DNA from: Desulfobulbus propionicus DSM 2032
GTDB lineage: Bacteria; Desulfobacterota; Desulfobulbia; Desulfobulbales; Desulfobulbaceae
Length of the DNA stretch: 32,000 nt
Assembly: GCF_000186885.1 (NCBI RefSeq)
Contig: NC_014972.1
Location: forward strand, 210,001 to 242,000
Direction: 5' to 3'
The position numbers and the translations under genes are program-made. Under the pieces are notes generated by a model. It saw only the letters and a list, made by a program, of their open reading frames with translations. It was not told where the DNA came from and searched no databases. Below are positions 7,951 to 13,434 of this stretch, one piece after another; the stretch's first letter is position 1; each line of letters opens with the position of its first letter.

Positions 7951-8613
7951 ATGACCCCAAGAATAATAGCAGTAGCGCTCGCAACCTACGCTGCATTCGC
8001 ACTCAACCCTTCAAGCGCATTCCCTCACCCAGGTGGCCTTGATAGTAGTGGTTGCCACCACAACAGGAAAACAGGTGATTACCATTGCCACAGACCCGGG
8101 AGCACCAGCAGTGGCGGTTATTCAGAGCAATCTCCAGACAACTATTATACGCCAAGTGAACGGAAGAAAAGCGGTGGGTATACCGCCAAATCATATACGG
8201 GTAATAATGAAGCCCAGGTGGTTGGCATCACGGATGGAGATACCATCAAGGTTCTCATCGAGGGACAGCAGGTCAAAATCAGGCTCTACGGAATAGATGC
8301 CCCAGAAAGCGGCCAAGCTTATGGTCGCAAGTCGCAAACCGCTCTGAAACAAATATCGGCAGGGCGAAAAATATCCATCAAGGCCATTGACCACGACCGC
8401 TACGGTCGTGTTGTGGCCTTGGTGTATGCCGACGGGATAAATGTTAACGAAATTATGGCATCTTCAGGTTATGCCTGGGTTTATCCTCAATATTGCAAAA
8501 AGTCATTTTGTCGAGAATGGAAAGAAAAAGAACGCATGGCCCGAACAAATAGAAACGGGTTATGGCAAGACGGTGATCCTACACCGCCATGGGAATGGAG
8601 AAGAAAGAGGTGA
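7951..8613 (+). CDS. Secreted thermonuclease (staphylococcal nuclease/SNase family)
   Basis: It has an N-terminal signal-like peptide (MTPRIIAVALATYAAFALNPSSA) and a His/Cys-rich segment (GCHHNRKTGDYHCH). The SNase core reads VVGITDGDTIKVL...IRLYGIDAPESGQAYG...DRYGRVVALVYADGINVNEIM..GYAWVY. Confidence 0.9.
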   Translation: MTPRIIAVALATYAAFALNPSSAFPHPGGLDSSGCHHNRKTGDYHCHRPGSTSSGGYSEQSPDNYYTPSERKKSGGYTAKSYTGNNEAQVVGITDGDTIKVLIEGQQVKIRLYGIDAPESGQAYGRKSQTALKQISAGRKISIKAIDHDRYGRVVALVYADGINVNEIMASSGYAWVYPQYCKKSFCREWKEKERMARTNRNGLWQDGDPTPPWEWRRKR

Positions 8614-9350
8614 GTGAATTTAGCGAACAAAATTCATCGTGCCCGAAATGTGGAGCTCCCAGGAAGAGTGGCCCGGAATGCCCTGCATGCGGAGTGATTT
8701 ATGCAAAGGCCGAACAGGATGCCTTTGCCAAACGAAAAAAAATGGATGAAGCCAGGAGAAAGGCGGATGCCATTATTAGAAACATGCAGAGTGAAAAGCA
8801 GTCCGGAGCAAACCTCATCGATTGCCCAACATGTGGTCGTTCTGTATCAAAGAATGCTCCCACTTGTCCCAATTGCGGGGAGATCATTAACAAAGCTGCT
8901 GTTGTTGCTGCTCAGCCGATAAATAAGGCCCCGCTCGTTGGATATATCGGTTCGGCTATCATGGCTGCGGGAGTATTTTGCCCCCTGGTTAGTATACCTA
9001 TTGCCGGATCTATTAATTATTTCAAAAACGGGGAGGGCGACGGCACCTTTCTGCTATTTCTTGCCGCCATTTCTGCGGCCGCTATTTTTTGGAATCGATT
9101 CAAGATCCTCGTTGTCACCGGAGGGGCTTCTATTGCCATCCTTGCTTTTGACTTGTGGAATTTTTTTCACAAAATGTCTCTGTCCAAGGCGGACATGCAA
9201 AGGGAGATGGCCGGAAATCCCTTTGGTGGGCTGGCCGAGGCGGCCATGCAATCCATCCAGTTGCAATGGGGGTGGGGTGTCATGTTCACAGGGGCGGTGA
9301 TGTTGATTGTTGCGTGGTTTCTGGCTCAAAGGGAATATAAGTACAAATAG
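8589..9350 (+). CDS. Membrane protein with two N-terminal zinc-ribbon motifs
   Basis: CPKCG...CPACG and CPTCG...CPNCG motifs are followed by several hydrophobic segments (IGSAIMAAGVFCPLV, FLLFLAAISAAAIFW, ILVVTGGASIAILAF, VMFTGAVMLIVAWFL). It overlaps the nuclease gene's 3' end by 25 nt. Confidence 0.7.
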   Translation: MGMEKKEVSEFSEQNSSCPKCGAPRKSGPECPACGVIYAKAEQDAFAKRKKMDEARRKADAIIRNMQSEKQSGANLIDCPTCGRSVSKNAPTCPNCGEIINKAAVVAAQPINKAPLVGYIGSAIMAAGVFCPLVSIPIAGSINYFKNGEGDGTFLLFLAAISAAAIFWNRFKILVVTGGASIAILAFDLWNFFHKMSLSKADMQREMAGNPFGGLAEAAMQSIQLQWGWGVMFTGAVMLIVAWFLAQREYKYK

Positions 9351-9412
9351 GTACGCGGGAGTGGGAGAACAGGGTGCTATATAGCCAACCACTGCTAATG
9401 GTAATCGTTTAT

Positions 9413-9490
9413 TTTGATGGGATATTCCGAGGCATGATACCTAATTTTCAACAATAACAATCTGGCGGACAAGCCGCAGATGTTCACGTT
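9413..9490 (+). repeat. Copy 1 of a roughly 75-bp direct repeat containing an imperfect hairpin
   Basis: ...CATGATACCTAATTTTCAACAATAACAATCTGGCGGACAAGCCGCAGATGTTCACGTT aligns with 10426-10500. The hairpin core is 9461-9480. Confidence 0.7.
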
Positions 9491-9696
9491 GGACCTTAAA
9501 TTTTCTTTCAAAAGATGTGGTACATTCACTATCCCCGTTTAGTTTGTGCGTATCGAAATATTATCCATAAATCAAATGATTATGGTTGCTGAGTTGGTAG
9601 TTGTAATGTCTGGCCTGTGGATGAAGTGATGAGAATTGCTTAAGTAGTCTCTTGCTAACGATTGACAATAGTATCGGAGCTCGTTACGGTGTATGC

Positions 9697-9978
9697 ATGA
9701 TAGAAAGTTTTGCATGTGGTGAAACTGAAAAAATTTGGAACAACGTGTTCTCCAAAAAGCTTCCAGGGGATATTCAGACCGTCGCTCGGCGGAAGCTGAT
9801 TATGCTCAACGCGGCAGCAACTTTAGACGATCTAAGAATACCGCCCAGGAATATGCTAGAAAAACTTTCTGGGGACAGGGATGGGCAGTACTCAATCAGG
9901 ATTAACCAGCAATGGCGAGTATGCTTCTGTTTTGAGCACGGAGTAGCAACTCAGGTAATGATTGTCGATTATCACTAA
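9697..9978 (+). CDS. higB: HigB-type toxin (RelE/ParE superfamily, plasmid-killer family)
   Basis: MIESFACGETEKIW...AATLDDLRIPPRNMLEKLSGDRDGQYSIRINQQWRVCFCFEHG.A..V.IVDYH is the HigB signature. The internal ATG at 9697 is used. Confidence 0.9.
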   Translation: MIESFACGETEKIWNNVFSKKLPGDIQTVARRKLIMLNAAATLDDLRIPPRNMLEKLSGDRDGQYSIRINQQWRVCFCFEHGVATQVMIVDYH

Positions 9979-9990
9979 GAGGTCAAGGGT

Positions 9991-10326
9991 ATGGTAAATT
10001 TAATACCGCTAGAGCATCCGGGCGTGATACTCTTCGAAGAATTCATTGAACCGTTAGGGCTAACGGCTTACAAAGTAGCAAAGGACATTGATATTCCCCA
10101 AACCGCGCTTGGCGAAATCATTAAAGGTAAAAGAGGAATATCCGCACAAGTAGGCCTGAAGTTGTCTAAATACTTCGGAATGTCTGAAGAGTTTTTTGTC
10201 AAAATTCAGATGCGATATGACATCGACAGGACGAAAGTTGCTCAACATGAGTCTTTAGGGAAAATCATTCCCTTCCGCCCAAAGCCTAAAGAGCCTCCAG
10301 CGATTGAGAATCTTAAGGAGGCTTAA
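9991..10326 (+). CDS. higA: HigA antitoxin (XRE-family HTH)
   Basis: HPGVILFEEFIEPLGLTAYKVAKDIDIPQTALGEIIKGKRGISAQVGLKLSKYFGMSEEFF is typical of HigA. The gene lies 12 nt downstream of higB. Confidence 0.9.
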   Translation: MVNLIPLEHPGVILFEEFIEPLGLTAYKVAKDIDIPQTALGEIIKGKRGISAQVGLKLSKYFGMSEEFFVKIQMRYDIDRTKVAQHESLGKIIPFRPKPKEPPAIENLKEA

Positions 10327-10352
10327 TTGTCTTTCCATAACGAAAAATCATA

Positions 10353-10390
10353 AACTCCAACATGTCAGTGCGGCATATTGGAGTTTTTTT
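10353..10390 (+). terminator. Rho-independent terminator after higA
   Basis: AACTCCAA (10353-10360) pairs with TTGGAGTT (10378-10385), followed by a T5 run. Confidence 0.65.
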
Positions 10391-10425
10391 AATCCTTTTC
10401 AAATATTTTTTAGCAAATTATGTGC

Positions 10426-10500
10426 TTTGAAGGATTCGGGGGGACATGATACTAAATTCCAACAATAACATCCTACGGACAAGCTGTAGATGTTCGCGTT
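10426..10500 (+). repeat. Copy 2 of the roughly 75-bp direct repeat with hairpin
   Basis: ...CATGATACTAAATTCCAACAATAACATCCTACGGACAAGCTGTAGATGTTCGCGTT. The hairpin core is 10471-10490, with one fully compensatory pair change relative to copy 1. Confidence 0.7.
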
Positions 10501-10949
10501 TTCAGGTCATATATCTCCAGTCAGTCATGACTTATTGGAAAAGTATTAACCATCGGGAATTGAATCTTTCCCGCTATTTTATACCGAAACAGCCTTTTTG
10601 TAGACTTAATGGAAGGATATCCGATTTCTGGTTATCACCCCAAATTGCATGATATCCAGTTAGCTAATACCATAAAACGCCGATTTCCTGACACCCTGGT
10701 TTGAAATAGTGAGTGATAGCCAGAAACCATATAATAACTTGTTAAACGTAAATAAAATGATTGAACCATCCATGCAAGAATGTGTATATAAAGATATTCC
10801 TTTAGGAGGAAGGCGGGTGCCCTTAGGATCCAGTGTAATATCTGGAGAGATGGACGGCAGGAAGATAAAGCTTATTGCTGCCGAATGTAGCGACTTACTT
10901 TTACGTGGTTGTACCCGTGAAGCCCAGCGCAATGCGTTGGGCTTTTTTT
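10501..10949 (+). ncRNA. Candidate structured non-coding RNA or leader upstream of the RT (5' end undefined)
   Basis: No ORF here has an ATG plus SD. Hairpins are at 10615-10621/10651-10657, 10792-10798/10837-10843 and 10855-10860/10878-10883, plus a terminal 10-bp stem with a T-run at 10921-10949. This matches the position of the ncRNA in retron/DRT-type RT systems. Confidence 0.4.
10921..10949 (+). terminator. Intrinsic terminator-like hairpin 13 nt upstream of the RT start codon
   Basis: AGCCCAGCGC (10921-10930), loop AAT, GCGTTGGGCT (10934-10943). That gives 10 bp with one G.U pair, followed by six more T (10944-10949). Confidence 0.65.
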
Positions 10950-10961
10950 ATTGATGGGGGA

Positions 10962-12458
10962 ATGAGCTTGGAAAAAGATCTTATTAAAACAATTGGTGAA
11001 GAGGCGAAAAAGCTGTCTCAGAGGCATCACGCTTATCACAATACACTAGAGCTGGAGCATATAAGAAAAAGTAATAGGGTTTCTAACCCTGGAGACAAAG
11101 AGTTAAAAATACCAGCGTATTGGTCATCGGAAAAGAAGTTCAACCCGTTTTACGTCCATAAAAATCGTCGTCAAATCGCTCATTCAATTGCAAAAAAAAT
11201 ACAAAATGGGACCTATGAACCAAACCCTCCGCAAAAAATGGAAATTCCAAAAGCATCGGGTGGTTCAAGGACCGTAACTATTTACCAAATACCAGATGCT
11301 GCTGTATCCACATTAATTTATCAGCAACTTCTCTCAAAAAACAAACATCGTTTCAGTTCTTTTTCGTATGCTTATCGAAATGACAGAAATGTACATTTTG
11401 CAATTCAAGATATCGCAATTGAACTGAAAGAGCTATCTAGAGTTTTTGTCGCTGAATTTGATTTTTCGAAATTCTTTGATTCAATTAATCACTCTTATCT
11501 CTATCGTCAATTCAATGAAAATGGTTTTTTCATCAGCGAAAGAGAGGATAGCGTGATCAAGTCATTTCTCAAAAGCAAAAATGTTGGCATACCACAAGGC
11601 ACATCAATTTCTCTTTTTTTAGCGAATATTGTTTGTTGGAAATTAGACAAGGGGCTTGAACAGGTAGGATTGAAGTTTGCGCGATATGCTGATGATACTG
11701 TTATTTGGTCGCATGATTACCAAAAAATAAGCATGGCATATGATATCATAAGTAATTTCTCAAAAGAAGCTGGAGTCGAGATTAATGCCAAAAAATCAGA
11801 TGGGATTAGCTTGCTATGCAGGAAAGATATGCCTTCTGAGCTTGCACAACGTAAGGAAGAAATTGACTTTCTTGGTTACTCTATTTCAGTAGATAACGTT
11901 TCAATTAAAAAATCTTCAGTAAATAAAATAAAACGACAAATAAGTTATACATTATACAAGCATCTAATAAAACCGTTGCGCGGAAACAAGCTAGTTGCCA
12001 TCAAAATACCAGCAAACAACAAAGACACACATTTGTTGAGCGCAATATTAGAAATAAGAAGATACCTTTATGGCAACCTAAATGACCAAATGATAGCAAA
12101 TTATTTGAATGGAAAAAGTAATAGAATTTTTTTCAAAGGAATAATGAGTTTTTATCCGCTCATAAACAATGAACAACAACTCAAAGAGCTTGATGGGTGG
12201 TTAGTGACAGCAATTTTCAAAGCCATACGTATAAGGTCGAAACTACTAAAGAAATGGAATTTTAACAGAGACAATAGTTTTCCCTTTAATATACCTCATA
12301 AAGATCTCACGACAGCGTTTAAACAACAAAAAGTAAAAGGGAAAAAATTACTCCAAATTCCAAGTTTCTTCACAATATACAAAGCTCTCAAGAAAGGGGT
12401 TACTGACAAAGGTATAGCAGGGGTAATGAATCCAACATCAAATGGCTATAATTATTAA
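10962..12458 (+). CDS. Reverse transcriptase, defence-associated type (unclassified UG/Abi- or retron-like)
   Basis: RT motifs are present: EIPKASGGSRTVTIYQIPDAAV, SYAYRNDR, FDFSKFFDSINH, GIPQGTSISLFLANI, and RYADDTVIW (YADD at 11685-11696). A C-terminal extension of about 170 aa has no recognisable domain. The start is set at the ATG at 10962 (MSLEKD...) rather than the track start at 10875, which lies inside the hairpins. Confidence 0.9.
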   Translation: MSLEKDLIKTIGEEAKKLSQRHHAYHNTLELEHIRKSNRVSNPGDKELKIPAYWSSEKKFNPFYVHKNRRQIAHSIAKKIQNGTYEPNPPQKMEIPKASGGSRTVTIYQIPDAAVSTLIYQQLLSKNKHRFSSFSYAYRNDRNVHFAIQDIAIELKELSRVFVAEFDFSKFFDSINHSYLYRQFNENGFFISEREDSVIKSFLKSKNVGIPQGTSISLFLANIVCWKLDKGLEQVGLKFARYADDTVIWSHDYQKISMAYDIISNFSKEAGVEINAKKSDGISLLCRKDMPSELAQRKEEIDFLGYSISVDNVSIKKSSVNKIKRQISYTLYKHLIKPLRGNKLVAIKIPANNKDTHLLSAILEIRRYLYGNLNDQMIANYLNGKSNRIFFKGIMSFYPLINNEQQLKELDGWLVTAIFKAIRIRSKLLKKWNFNRDNSFPFNIPHKDLTTAFKQQKVKGKKLLQIPSFFTIYKALKKGVTDKGIAGVMNPTSNGYNY

Positions 12459-12565
12459 TAATAATTGTCTAGCAAATGCATTAACGCAGACGGGGATAAC
12501 GCTGGCGGCGCTAGGGCGGTCAAGTTCATTGGCCCGCTGGTTGTGCTAGCCGTTGGCTTAGCAAA

Positions 12566-13393
12566 ATGAAAGAAAATAGAATACTTCGCGACGTCGAGAA
12601 ATACGTCAAATCGTATTTGAATACACATGTCACTTCTCCCTGCGTACAGATGCTTCGCAACGACCCTCACTGTCACCTTCGGGTCGTGAGCATTCTTTCC
12701 CGTGTTCGCTACCTGTCTGAGCAAATCCTTCGCTACGGTTGTGAGGTAGACAAGGCCCATCTCAGTAGTCTATCGCGAGATGAGCTCGAACGACGGGTTC
12801 AAGTGTTGACAGACTTTATTGAAAGTGAAAATACCGAAACAAATCACGAAGCCAACGGTTATCTAATGACAGGCAGTTCCCAGAAGCATCTCATCGCGTA
12901 TGTTTCGCGCGAGTTCAACTGGGTCATTGTCTCGATCATGTCGGCTTCCTATATCAGTGCGCTTGTCCTCACGAGATCAGTGTTCGAACTTTTGGTCGGC
13001 GTGGCTACGCGAATGGAAGGTGGAATGAAGGATCGTGTGGACAAAATCACATTTCTTGAAGCAAGTGAACGTAAGCAGATTCTGAAGCTCTGGAATCGAC
13101 TTTGCGGATGGGGGCACCCATACGGTCGCTGGGTCAAAGAAATATGCCCCATATATATTCAACATGAGCCATTTTTTCATAGCCGCCTTTGTGGCCTCTG
13201 TCTGGATGAGTTATGCAACGTGCTAGATCTCTATGCTGTCACGGCACTATCCAAATACGAGATTCCCATTGACCCCCAGTGCTTGCCAATGCAAGACCCA
13301 ACAGGGATACTGGCTGGTCTTGGCATGCTCTCAAGACGACTGGAAAATGGAAACACTAAAAAGGCCAACAAGCCGGATGCAGACGACGGCTGA
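12566..13393 (+). CDS. Hypothetical protein (275 aa) with a possible HEPN-like Rx5H motif
   Basis: A clean ORF co-directional with the RT. The helical-looking core ...YISALVLTRSVFELLVGVATR...KQILKLWNRLCGWGHPYGRW contains R178-x5-H184 (nt 13097-13117). No family is recognised with certainty. Confidence 0.7.
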   Translation: MKENRILRDVEKYVKSYLNTHVTSPCVQMLRNDPHCHLRVVSILSRVRYLSEQILRYGCEVDKAHLSSLSRDELERRVQVLTDFIESENTETNHEANGYLMTGSSQKHLIAYVSREFNWVIVSIMSASYISALVLTRSVFELLVGVATRMEGGMKDRVDKITFLEASERKQILKLWNRLCGWGHPYGRWVKEICPIYIQHEPFFHSRLCGLCLDELCNVLDLYAVTALSKYEIPIDPQCLPMQDPTGILAGLGMLSRRLENGNTKKANKPDADDG

Positions 13394-13434
13394 TAGCCGC
13401 GCCTGATCCGCAACGTTTAGACCCCACAGCACCC

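Noticed and set aside
9413-10500. The 75-bp repeats as integron attC sites
   Set aside because: The imperfect hairpin with AAC...GTT outer arms is reminiscent of attC, and a GTTGGAC core (fits GTTRRRY) follows copy 1. However, copy 2 lacks a matching core and the inverse-core sequences fit poorly. The only recombinase nearby is a phage-type integrase that is co-directional and tRNA-linked, not a divergent IntI with attI/Pc.
10446-10954. Track ORFs 10446-10652 (+), 10660-10932 (-) and 10709-10954 (+) as protein-coding genes
   Set aside because: They lack an ATG with an SD context (one starts at a GTG). They run through hairpins and the terminator, and their translations look arbitrary. I treat them as part of a non-coding leader, though their unusual openness is reported as a finding.
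10501-10961. Classical retron msr-msd with a1/a2 inverted repeats
   Set aside because: By eye I found only 7-nt complementary matches bracketing the region, for example TCTCCAG at 10514-10520 against CTGGAGA at 10842-10848. That is far shorter than typical a1/a2 pairs. A retron is not excluded, only unsupported by eye.
10962-12560. RT as a group II intron-encoded protein
   Set aside because: There is no maturase/En-type C-terminal domain. I could not see a domain V-like hairpin or intron boundary motifs flanking the ORF. The ORF is followed by unrelated co-directional genes rather than an exon. A covariance-model search would be needed to exclude this fully.
10413-12561. TAGCAAA 7-mer at 10413, 12473 and 12554 as target-site duplications bounding the AT-rich RT cassette
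   Set aside because: It is too short, and it is expected by chance in AT-rich DNA. The flanking bases do not extend the match.
12455-12760. 101-aa minus-strand ORF spanning the RT/ORF2 intergenic region
   Set aside because: It is antisense to the start of the 275-aa ORF, has no SD, and crosses a compositional boundary.
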